Part shown: positions 49,825 to 61,934 of the stretch, one piece after another | Layout: each line of letters opens with the position of its first letter | How positions within the stretch are numbered: position 1 is the stretch's first letter | Assembly: GCA_032718475.1 (NCBI GenBank) | Contig: JAUCBJ010009039.1 | Span: 33,885-97,884, forward strand | Origin: Nemertoderma westbladi | Taxonomy: Eukaryota > Animalia > Xenacoelomorpha | Length of the DNA: 64,000 nt | Reading direction: 5' to 3' | The notes under the pieces: model-generated | Database searches by the model: none | What the model saw: the letters and a program-made list of their open reading frames with translations, nothing else | What the model was told of the DNA's origin: nothing | Made by a program: the position numbers and the translations under genes

Positions 49825-51865
49825 CTAGAGTAACCAATGGGAACCTGTATAGAGAACCCACCGGGACCTAGAGTAACCAAGGGGAACCTGTATAGAGAAC
49901 CCACCGGGACCTAGAGTAACCAATGGGAACCGGTATAGAGAACCCACCGGGACCTAGAGTAACCAATGGGAACCGGTATAGAGAACCCACCGGGAACTAG
50001 AGTAACCAAGGGGAACCTGTATAGAGAACCCACCGGGACCTAGAGTAACCAATGGGAACCGGTATAGAGAACCCACCGGGACCTAGAGTAACCAATGGGA
50101 ACCGGTATAGAGAACCCACCGGGACCTAGAGTAACCAATGGGAACCGGTATAGAGAACCCACCGGGAACTAGAGTAACCAAGGGGAACCTGTATAGAGAA
50201 CCCACCGGGACCTAGAGTAACCAATGGGAACCGGTATAGAGAACCCACCGGGACCTAGAGTAACCAATGGGAACCGGTATAGAGAACCCACCGGGACCTA
50301 GAGTAACCAAGGGGAACCTGTATAGAGAACCCACCGGGACCTAGAGTAACCAATGGGAACCTGTATAGAGAACCCACCGGGACCTAGAGTAACCAAGGGG
50401 AACCTGTATAGAGAACCCACCGGGACCTAGAGTAACCAATGGGAACCGGTATAGAGAACCCACCGGGAACTAGAGTAACCAAGGGGAACCTGTATAGAGA
50501 ACCCACCGGGACCTAGAGTAACCAATGGGGACCTGTATAGAGAACCCACCGGGACCTAGAGTAACCAAGGGGAACCTGTATAGAGAACCCACCGGGACCT
50601 AGAGTAACCAATGGGAACCGGTATAGAGAACCCACCGGGACCTAGAGTAACCAATGGGAACCGGTATAGAGAACCCACCGGGACCTAGAGTAACCAATGG
50701 GAACCGGTATAGAGAACCCACCGGGACCTAGAGTAACCAATGGGAACCTGTATAGAGAACCCACCGGGACCTAGAGTAACCAATGGGAACCGGTATAGAG
50801 AACCCATAGAGTAACCAATGGGAACCTGTATAGAGAACCCACCGGGACCTAGAGTAACCAATGGGAACCTGTATAGAGAACCCACCGGGACCTAGAGTAA
50901 CCAATGGGAACCGGTATAGAGAACCCACCGGGACCTAGAGTAACCAATGGGAACCGGTATAGAGAACCCACCGGGACCTAGAGTAACCAATGGGAACCGG
51001 TATAGAGAACCCACCGGGACCTAGAGTAACCAATGGGAACCGGTATAGAGAACCCACCGGGACCTAGAGTAACCAATGGGAACCGGTATAGAGAACCCAT
51101 AGAGTAACCAATGGGAACCGGTATAGAGAACCCACCGGGACCTAGAGTAACCAATGGGAACCTGTATAGAGAACCCACCGGGACCTAGAGTAACCAATGG
51201 GAACCTGTATAGAGAACCCACCGGGACCTAGTGTAACCAATGGGAACCTGTATAGAGAACCCACCGGGAACTAGAGTAACCAATGGGAACCGGTATAGAG
51301 AACCCACCGGGACCTAGAGTAACCAATGGGAACCGGTATAGAGAACCCACCGGGACCTAGAGTAACCAATGGGAACCTGTATAGAGAACCCACCGGGACC
51401 TAGAGTAACCAATGGGAACCTGTATAGAGAACCCACCGGGACCTAGAGTAACCAATGGGAACCTGTATAGAGAACCCACCGTGACCTAGAGTAACCAATG
51501 GGAACCTGTATAGAGAACCCACCGGGACCTAGAGTAACCAATGGGAACCGGTATAGAGAACCCACCGGGACCTAGAGTAACCAATGGGAACCGGTATAGA
51601 GAACCCACCGTGACCTAGAGTAACCAATGGGAACCGGTATAGAGAACCCACCGGGACCTAGAGTAACCAATGGGAACCTGTATAGAGAACCCACCGGGAC
51701 CTAGAGTAACCAATGGGAACCTGTATAGAGAACCCACCGGGACCTAGAGTAACCAATGGGAACCGGTATAGAGAACCCACCGGGACCTAGAGTAACCAAG
51801 GGGAACCGGTATAGAGAACCCACCGGGACCTAGAGTAACCAATGGGAACCGGTATAGAGAACCCA
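49808..51865. repeat. Minisatellite, 43-bp unit, ~48 copies, derived from the CMTR1 intron/exon junction
   Basis: Minus-strand unit atacMggttcccattggttactctag|GTCCCGGTGGGTTCTCT; the last copy runs into the exon. Confidence 0.97.
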
Positions 51866-52319
51866 GAGTAACCAATAGAAACTGTAACAGAGAACGCACA
51901 CTTTCGAACACAGGTATATAAAAATTTGAAAATCCAAATTCCTATCTGTTTTTTAGGTCTATGACTTTCAGCCTGTCGGACATATAAAATCCAACGTAAA
52001 CGAACCCAAATTAACGAAGTTCCCTTAGTTAGGTTTATCGGACGTAAAATAAAATTATTAATTTAAAATTATTGCGCCAATCATCAGAATAAAAGCTCAA
52101 TAAGATTCATCATATACCATGAGGTTATGAGTTGGATCTGTGTCATCATCTGATAGGCTGATATACATACTGTAGTATACTTAAAGCATTCACACCTATG
52201 ATTATAAGTATTTAATTAAATACAAGTTGGGTTAAAAGTTTTACTTCAATTCAGAGCTGATGAAACCGATTAAAATTTATCAAGTTGGGGGGAAAAAATA
52301 CCCAATTTAGTCCAGAAGA

Positions 52320-55300
52320 TGACCCACAGAAATCGTAGGCTATCTCGATCCCTATCCAGCGCCTTGACTTGTAAGAACATGCCTTCTAAATCTGAGGCGA
52401 AAGCAATTGAATATTGTCTTAATCTTAAGAGTATTCCCAACAAGGATTGGAGTAAGTTGGGTCCGGGTAACAATTCGGAATTAAGGGATTGGCCCATATA
52501 GAGGGCGGAGCCGTCAAACACCACTCGTACCTCATGGGGTTTACCGGGTTTGGGAACGTAATGGTGAGTTAAATAATACGTTCTCTCAGTTATAGGTGTT
52601 TCTTCGGTACTCGCTCCGCATATCCCTTGCTAATAAATTTCTTCAACTGCGTTTGATACATTTCTTTAGCTGAAGAATTTGCCGTAAGGCGTCGATGTAG
52701 TTGAGCAATTCTTTTCTCCGCCAAGGGTCTGTTGTTTATGAACTTTGGTTCTCGCTTTCGGAAAGGTAGACCGATTTCATATCTACCTTGATCTTTAAGA
52801 AAACGTGTAGTTGTCTCTTGGATCTGCTTGGCTCTTTCTTCTTCTACCGATAGGGCCTTATCGTAGGAATTGGGCTCTACAGCCTCTTGAGTAAAGAATC
52901 GTACGGCGTGTTCATCCCGAGTTTTGGCATTATAACGTTCAATGACGTCATTCCGTTCGTCGTTATAGTCGTCTCGTTCTGATGGACGAAGGAGCTGACA
53001 TAAGTTCACTTGGTTTTGCCAAGTCTCGTTTTCCTTAAGGAGATCAATGGTATTCTCCTCGTCGAAGAGTTGGTGGATATCGTCGTTATCTGAGGAGTAT
53101 GGTGTTCCCTCAGTTGGATCGTCTAACTCACTGCTCTCAACTTCCCATTCTCTTACTTGATATACCTGATCTTTCGGTAATCTTTCCATGAGAGTTCTAC
53201 GGGAAGGGCCAGTAAAGTACCAACCCACTCTAGTTCTTCCCGCATAAGCTTGTAGTGGTTGCGGTTGAGCAGGCCATTTCTCCAATGTCTCGAGCGCTTC
53301 ATGCGCGTTTTGACCGATGAGTATTTGCACTCCAGGGTAATCGGTGTTGAATCTAGGTATTTCAAGCTGCTGGGTGAAATCGTCCTCATCCCAGTTATAA
53401 GGTTCCACTTGGCTGGTAGCGAAGTTCTTTATCGCTACCATTTTTACTGACCTTATGCTGTGTTCTCCTAGTTCATCCTGGGGGGTGGACAACGCGCCTA
53501 CATAATAATCCGCTATTACGGTAGATTTCCAAACCTGCATAATTCCTGACATGTTTAGCTTAGTTCGGAACTTGGGTTGTCCAGCAAAGATGTCTTCGGC
53601 TAGTTCTTTGTCGATGAATGTTCCTGTACTACCGGAGTCAAGGAGGGCGTTCACTATATAACTCCTTTTAGGTCCGTGGACCCTTAACTGTACCACAGGA
53701 AATTCTCGGATTCCTACATTGGAAGTTGGCGCTTTCCAAGATGGTTGTCGATCAGAAGTAGTTAGGGTGAGGTCGCTGTCTGTGTCTTTTTCATACGTAA
53801 GTGCTCGATACACTGCAGTATTTATCATGTAACAGGATTCATCTTCGTCGGAGAATTCATCCGTATAGAATCCTTCCATCTCAGAACTTTGGTCAGTGTC
53901 GTTCACATCACTGAATTGGACATGTAGTTCGGAACCACTTACCTGACTCTGGCTGTTTCGTTCGAATTCAGTGTGCAACAAGATATGATGTTTCGCACCG
54001 CACTTTGCACACCTTGTGTCAGAGTAACAGGTTCGCCATTGGTGTCCTTGTCTGAGGCAATTATAACACAACCGCTTATCCCACATGACTTCCCGTCTCT
54101 CCGTTAATGATTTCTTTAGGAATTCATCACACATATTCAAACGGTGGGTCCCGTCACATAGCACACATTTCGGTTTGATGTTACTTACCTTATTTTGAAT
54201 AACATTGTGCACACTCGTTCTTTCTTCGGGCTTTCTCACCTGAATTCTCTTAGGAGACGTAGGAGGAGTTTTTCTTACCTGTTCTCTCCTGTCATTGGTT
54301 CGAGACTTGAATTTACTTACCTGTTCTTTAGGCGTTTTATTGACATAATAAGATCTTTCAGTGTCTTTCCCGCTGTCCTCTCCTTGAGAAGTCTGGCTTT
54401 CGCCGTCGTCGGTGTAACACACTGGTGTTACCTTTCTCCTAGAAACGGGTTTCTCACTTACCTTGTTTTCCGGTGTCTTCTCTCTGGACTGCCTTAGGAG
54501 CTGTAATTTCACTTCTCCATCTAAGAATGACATGAGATCAGCCATGGTAGGGTCTCGTCGTTGTTGTTCCATCATATATAACACTTTCTTATCCCAGCGT
54601 GTACCTACTCCACCCTTCGGTAAAGTAGAGGCCACAGCTCCAATAACCATAGAACTCTGATATTCATGAGACTTACCTAGCCAATCTAATTGTCTACAGA
54701 TCTCCTGAATCTCATCGGAAAACTCTATAATCCCGCTGCTAATGAATTTTCGGGGTGCTACCAATTTTGCATACAAATACCTAGCTATGTTATTCCTATT
54801 ACCATACCTGATGTTTAGTGTATCCCAAACTTGTCTTAATCCATCTGGATGTCCAATAAACTTTAGCGCCATTAACTTGGGAGATCCTTCTAAGCACTCG
54901 ATGAGGAATCTAAGTTTCTCTCCGTTAGATAGCACAGAGTTCTGTATGTTATCTTTGTAATATTCATTAAAAGGTAACCATTTCATCTCATCTCCATTGA
55001 ACTTGACGATCTCTCCCACCTTTACCGCTTGACGGGCTTCGGTTCTAGCCATTTGACGCGTAAAACTTTCTTGGGCCATCGTGTTATTTAATATCGAGTT
55101 ATCGGTATATAAATTTCTCTGATTATTATCAAGTCTATATGGAATATCATTGTCAACAGGTTTATAATTACCCTTAATAGGGTTTACTATAGGAGTTTCC
55201 ACTTCGCTAGCAGTATAGATGCGTGTAGGCTCCACACCTTGCGCATGAAATACTTCAGACCTAACAGGTTGACACATTGTTACAGGGGGTGGTGGTATAC

Positions 55301-57440
55301 CCTTTTGTGTATTTACTAATTTATCGCGTTCTAACGCTATACTTTGCTGCACTTCTTGCAACTCTAACCTACTTTCCCTTACTGTGCCCTTGAACTGCTT
55401 AACAGTCTCCTGCATCTGCCCGAGCAGGAGATCCATCCCCCGCCGTCTCTCATCCACCCACTCGACCGCCGAAGCGGGAGCAGCCAACGTTGTAGCGGGC
55501 AGACGAGGGACAACAGGCGACAAATCATTAATATTTCGCTCGGAGTCCAGGACATGAACTGTCTCATGGGCTGTTCTGCTGGGCACATGTAGCTTAGTGC
55601 TGTGCAGAGGGAATTTAGAGATAGGTTCAGGGAGTACAGGTGTCTCTATCACCGAGGGGGTGGCTTCAAGAACAGGCCTAATTATTTCAGGCTCATCTAC
55701 TATAGTAGGGAGTCTTTCTATTTTAATTATTTGGTCTGTGGATTCTGTACTACCTAAGCCTGTGTTAGTTAGTTGCCTTCTAACAGCTGGGGGCAAATCA
55801 GGCAATTTCTGACGGTGGGACATTCTTCTACGTCTGCTGAGACGAGATCTATTTCCTCCACCTTCAGTATCGGTGGTATCGCCTTCCTAAGATGATGTAT
55901 ATCCCTGTCTTTTGGGAGTAGATCGATTCATCATCTGCATATTACTAGCTGTTAACTGTTTATTTATGCAGTCTTGATTCTCTTGAATATTTTCCAACTC
56001 TAGTTGGGTGGTCTCTTCAGATGCTCTTCGTTCTGCTTCTGCCACTGCTCGCTTTCTTTCGACTTCTGCCGCTTTTCTTTCTGATTCCGCCGCTGCCGCT
56101 TTTGCCTCTGCCGCTGCCACCTTTCTTTCCGCTTCTACTGCTGCAGCTGCCGCTTTTGCCTCTGCCGCTGCCGCTTTTGCCTCTGCCGCTGCCTCTGCCG
56201 CTTTTCTATCCACTTCTACCGCTTTTCTTTCTGCTTCTGCCTCTGCTGCTGCCGCTGCTGCTATCTTTCTGTCTTCTATACGTTTTTCCTTTACTTGTTC
56301 TTCTTGGACTCTAGTGATGCGGAGGCGTTCATCAAATTTAGCTTGGTTCGCAGCTCTCATATCCGCATCGATTGCGTCCAACACAAACTTGGCTCCTTCA
56401 CTGTTAGGGCTAAGTCCATCTAGCCTTCTCCTCAACTCTTCATCTCCTACAAAACGTTGATAGTCCGACAGATAGATGTCAATAGCATCCCTCTTATGCG
56501 GTTTCTCTACCGTCGCTTCACTTTCCACTTGGGAAAATGTAGCGTCTGTGGATTCTCCATGGGTTGAGCGCTCAGCTAACTGAGATTTCCACGGGGCAGT
56601 TCTTTGAACTTGGAGACTCACCCGCTGTAACCAAGTCTTTACGGCAACTTGCAACGACGTGTCTTGTTTTCTTTTCGAAGCCTCCTCAAAGGCCGATAGG
56701 ATTAGTCTGATTCTTAGAATTCTTTCTCGAACTTGATAAAGCAGCTCTCCCTGCTCTTGAGGTCCTTGTGGTTGTCTAAACAATTGTTCTTCTAATCGCT
56801 CCATGGAGCTGAAGAATCCCTGTACGTATCCGGCTGCGGACCTCTTCCACACAGCTGGATCGATGGTTTCCTTGGTTACTCCCATCCTGTGTATGTCTTC
56901 CCAGGCAGCTTCCGATAAGTCAAATGGGAGTCCGGGTCCGGGGAAGTTCCATTGCGACTCAACAATAGACTTCAGTTCTTCCCTTGTGTATCCCGCATAA
57001 CTATCCTTAGTCGATCGCTTATTTCTCGCCCAATCGATCTGGTGTTCCTCCACAGCAATCAATAACCTAGTGAGTACGGCTGCAGGAAGGATGAGAAGGG
57101 GATCCGAATAAACCGCATCTGTCATCTTTGCTCCGTGCTCGGGTGTCAGCTCTACAGTATCCGCACTACTGGAGCTGTCGGGCCGCTGAGAAATAAGTTC
57201 TCGGCTCGCGGGTTGTTGCTGTTCCGCTGCTTCTTGGTCCCGCTTGACCTGAGCTCGAGTGCCTATGATAGACCTACGGTGTTGGACCAGCCTAGGGTCT
57301 GATATTACTACTGGGGGAATGATCTTTCTTACAGTAGGAGGTGAGTTGAACTTCGGTCTCACACGTTCCACACTCCTATCTGGGTCACAGATGGTTGTAT
57401 CTAGGAGACTGTCTGACAGGTTTTGCTTGCTGTCAGACAT
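52320..57440 (-). pseudogene. BEL/Pao element C gag-protease-start of RT; one in-frame TAG (55887-55889), a frameshift at ~52590, truncated after RFLW
   Basis: KFNGD..W..F, LSNGEKLRFL, Pao-type Cys arrays (CVLCDGTHRLNMC, CYNCLRQGHQWRTC, CAKCGAKHHILLH), ALLDSGS protease, RYEIGLPF, RVVFDG, SLNSELLPGPNL, DLEGMFLQV. Confidence 0.92.
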
Positions 57441-57524
57441 GTTTGTTTGTACAGTTGAATGCCTACTGCTATGTTACAGTTAAAGCAAATCTAGTAATTC
57501 AGTATCAACTGATAGCCTAGTAAT

Positions 57525-57820
57525 TAATTACCGATATCGTCACTGAATGTAACTTGATATATATATAATATATTAGAATACCGGTATGCTTATAGTATAT
57601 ATAAGTATTATTACAGACTAGGTTTGTCACAGAATACCGGTATGTATTTTCAGCACAAATATATATAAATATATAATAGGCCTATCGTGAATACCGGTAT
57701 ACAGCTTACACTTATAGTATATATAAGTATAATTATGAACTAGAATTAATTACAGAATACCGGTATAATTTCAGCCTAAATTTATAAATATATAATAAGC
57801 CTATGGTAAATACCGGTATG
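57525..57820. repeat. Short degenerate repeats (aataccggtat core) in the leader of element C
   Basis: Five copies of aataccggtat at ~50-75-bp spacing. Confidence 0.65.
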
Positions 57821-58149
57821 TCAATTATTTTGGAATAATTGAATTTCTGAATTTTAGGGGTTACTTCGTTACTTTAACTTACTTTATTACCGTTATTTAA
57901 GCAGTAGTCCAACTGATATTAAGACCTAATTGTTGTATGGCAGGCCTACTATTTATAAATCGTTTGAGTTGATTTATAATATATATACCCGTTAAAATGG
58001 GTTTTTGTCAATATTTGAAATAAATGTTATTATTTCTGGGGGGAGTCACTACACAGAAGCTGTACGCTCTCAGTGGAGTGCTACTTTTTGGACACTAAAA
58101 CAAATAATTCTAATTTACCTAAGTTACTTAATACACATACACATACACA

Positions 58150-60355
58150 TACTTGTATTACACAAAAATAAGAAATCCCTAAGCCCTACCAAAATTGCTT
58201 TCAGAACAGAAGTAGGGGCAAAAATAACGTCTGATCGCCATAAAATAGCATCTATTTTCAACGAACATTTTTCAACTATTGGACCAAAACTTGCCAGTAC
58301 AATACCCCGATCTAACCGATGCCCTACCCGCCACATTAACCATCGACACTCGAATTCATTTACTCTTATTGAAACTTCTGTAGCTGAAATTCACTACCTA
58401 CTTTTACAAATAAATGAAAACAGCGCTACTAATGACAACTTTCCCAGTAAATTATTAAAAATTGCTGCTGAACACATTGCACCTCATCTAGCATATTTAT
58501 TTAACCTATGTATCACAATAGGTCATTATCCAGTTTCTCTTAAACAATCTAAAATAATCCCATGTTTTAAGGGGGGTGATCCACTAGATTCTAATAACTA
58601 TAGGCCAATATCATTATTGCCAGTTTTTACAAAAATTCTAGAACAGGTTATATACTCACAGCTTCAATCTTATTTAGATCGTTTCTGTATTTTGACTGCA
58701 TCACAATTCGGTTTTCGAAAGAGGATTTCTATGGCTTCGGCTATTCTAACGGTTACAGAAAAAATTAGATTTCACCTTGACTCAAAAGAATCTATCTGCG
58801 CAATTTATCTAGATTTAAAAAAAGTGTTTGATACGCTGAACCACTCTACCTTATTTAAAAAATTAGAATCTTACGGAATTCGAGGCACCCCCCAGACTTT
58901 ACTTAGGAGTTTTCTAACAGACCGTACACAATCAGTATCCTTAAATGGCGTAATCTCACCCACTCTTCCGGTAACCTGCGGAACGCCCCAGGGTTCAGTC
59001 CTTTCACCATTGCCGTTGTCGTCGTCGTCGTTGTCGTCGTCGTCGTTGTCGTCGTCGTTACGATTTTGACATGCTAATAACTTTGTCGGATTTAAAGCTG
59101 CCAAGTTGAAAATTTGTAGGTATCAATATGAGCAAAAGTTGAGATTTTTGAGAGACTTTCAGACACCATCAGTGCAATGGTCTCCCGCTAGAGGGCCACA
59201 TGTCTAAACATTAAATGGCCACCCATTTCTTTGCTTTTAATCCGTTTAAGCTGAAACTTGGGAAGTATGTACTAGACCATTAGCTGTAAATTTCAAAGGA
59301 GGCTAATCTGTCTGCAGTTCTCCAGTCTGCCGCTAGAGGGCGAAATGTCCCGAATGTGAAATTATTCTTCCATTTAGTTGTTTATGATCTGATTACGCTG
59401 AAACTTGTCATATATGTACTAGATGACATCCTGAGTCTTTGTGTGGATTGTAATCGGTCCGAAGTTTTCCAGTCTCCCGCTAGAGGGCCACATGTCTAAA
59501 CATTAAATGGCCACCCATTTCTTTGCTTTTAATCCGTTTAAGCTGAAACTTGGGAAGTATGTACTAGACCATTAGCTGTAAATTTCAAAGGAGGCTAATC
59601 TGTCTGCAGTTCTCCAGTCTGCCGCTAGAGGGCGAAATGTCCCGAATGTGAAATTATTCTTCCATTTAGTTGTTTATGATCTGATTACGCTGAAACTTGT
59701 CATATATGTACTAGAAGACATCCTAAGTCTTTGTGTGGACAGTAATCGGTCCGGAGTTTTCGAGTCTGCCGCTAGAGGGCGAAATGTAGGAAAGTGATAA
59801 CCTTTGCGAATTCCTTGATCTTAATCTATTTAAGCTGAATTTTGGAATATACAGTACCGGTATGTACTAGACCACATGCCTCGTCTTTGTGAGGAAGGTG
59901 ATCGATCCGTAGTTCTTTAATATGCCGCTAGAGGGCTAAATGTATGAAAGTGAAAACCTTCCAACATTTCGTTATTTATGATCCGTCAATCGGAAACTTG
60001 GTAGATATGTAATAGACCATAGGATGTGGCTTTGTAGGGAAACTAATCCTTCCTTCTTCAGTTACCCAGTCTCCCGCTAGAGGGTTAACGTTTTCCGGGA
60101 AAATCTTCTCCTATGTTTTTATAATCCTTTCGAGTTGATACTTAGCATTAACTCATTTCACGTGCTGCGCGAAGGCCCCACTTCGTGTTTCTTTTATATG
60201 TGAACGACATACCGGATGCATCCAAATTTTTGACAACTTTATTTGCCAACGATACGACGTTACTGGGCTTCAATTCAGACTTAAAATTATTGATTAACAA
60301 CACAAACACTGAACTGGAAAAAATTTCGGACTGGCTTATAGACAACTCATTATCA
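58150..60355 (+). mobile_element. L2/CR1-group LINE RT fragment related to the 10643-17450 element, interrupted at ~59014-60185
   Basis: FSTIGPKLAS, NYRPISLL, QFGFR, PQGSVLSPL|LFLLYVND, LFAND. Confidence 0.88.
59014..60185. mobile_element. Helentron/DINE-like non-autonomous insert with (gtc)n microsatellite and ~146-156-bp internal repeats
   Basis: No TSD; removal restores the LINE frame; near-perfect 292-bp duplication; related sequence at ~43510-43750. Confidence 0.6.
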
Positions 60356-60690
60356 CTACAGTCCCTTCAGACTTAACAACAGTCAGACAACAGTCCAGCC
60401 TACAAATTATCTGTACAATCTGAGCAGGCTTACACGCCTTCTGCTCAATATTGGCCTACAAATAAATAAAACTGACAGAAATAAGTAAACCATACAAAGG
60501 AATAAGGGGTGATCAATCCCTAATCCCCTAACAGCCTACAATATACAATATATCACAATCGAAATAATACTGCTGTACCTGTACTGCTGTAAGTACCGGT
60601 CCGGGTGGTTAGGTAGTCAGGCCTACTGGGTACCGGTTGCCGGTACTTCAGCTTTATTGCCTACCGCAATACAGAAGCTATATCTGTTAT

Positions 60691-61858
60691 TGTTCGCGCT
60701 TTTAGACCTTTAGCAGTTTAACCTGCCAAATTGGGATGTCTTCTAGATAATGAATCTTCTTTAGCCTATGACGAGTATTTGATACACTACATTAGCCGAA
60801 GCCAGTCTATGCGCGACCATTCACCCGCTGGATATACCCGGGAGACTGGATTCGGAAGCCTAACCGTATTGCGGTGTAGGCCTACTATATTATTCGACTG
60901 ATCGTAATATATAATCTCTGACAAATATTATTCACTTTCGGGAAATATTAACAGTTCCTTTAGGACGTGGCGCTCTAAATATGTAAACAGATTTATGACT
61001 TAAACTAGACACAACGGGATGGCTATAGATTCACATATATGGCGCATTCTTTAGGAGATGCTTTGTTATCAGTCACAATCATACACAATACTGCACAATG
61101 ATGCACACCGATCTGCCAACCTTCACTAATTTTAGTCACATATAAAGAGAACAACAACCAATACATGTAGTGCCTATGAAATAGCATTAGATTCACTTCA
61201 AAACCACTTTAATGTAAGTCGCAATCGTTATATGTAACCGGTTTCTCTTACCTTCAGTATATCAAGAAGATTGAGGGTTTGTAATTATTTATCGGTATTC
61301 CAGATATAATAATATTCCATCAACAGATATAATGAATAACCGACAGTAAATAGCAGTACAAATGTTAAGGTATGAATGGTTATTTATGTTATGAATTGAT
61401 ATGATAACAGATATACGTTCTATAATTAAGCCTACTAATGTTGGGCTAAAGACTGAAAACACAGAGATTCCAAAAGCCAGTCTTCTGGGCTCAGGACAAA
61501 ATGTAAACATTGACCCATAATGCATTGCGCGATTTCCTGGAGGTTTCTGTACAAAAAGCAGGAGAATCGCTCTGATTGGTTGACCGAACAAAGAAACACC
61601 AGAGAACAAGGAAAAAGCTACACGTGTACAGCTCAGCTGTTAGCTGTCGTCATAGTAACTACACTGTTTCAAGAGGATCTAGCGCATTGCGTCATAGAAT
61701 TGCTAATTATGTCCGCTAAAGTACACATACAGAAGAAATGGCTTTGTATGTCCACTAAAACAACAGTACAGTAAGGATACGGCCTTTTATGCCTGTCAAA
61801 CCAACCACAGAGCTCTTTACGGGGAAAATAACCGGCCAATTCCGCAAAAGCTTTTACA
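60691..61858 (-). mobile_element. Isolated LTR related to 28119-29358
   Basis: Same termini (tgttcgcgctttt...gcttttaca) and shared internal blocks; no matching TSD. Confidence 0.78.
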
Positions 61859-61934
61859 ACCTCCTCTACAGGGGCAACACTAGTTGGAGAGTAGCACACA
61901 ATCAGAACCACCTTAGGAAACTTCTTAGCCACCT

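Noticed and set aside
50685-51221. Four 66-aa ORFs
   Set aside because: Artefacts of the 43-bp repeat
56008-56460. Ala/Ser-rich and Leu/Pro-rich plus-strand ORFs
   Set aside because: Antisense reading of the Gag coiled-coil repeat
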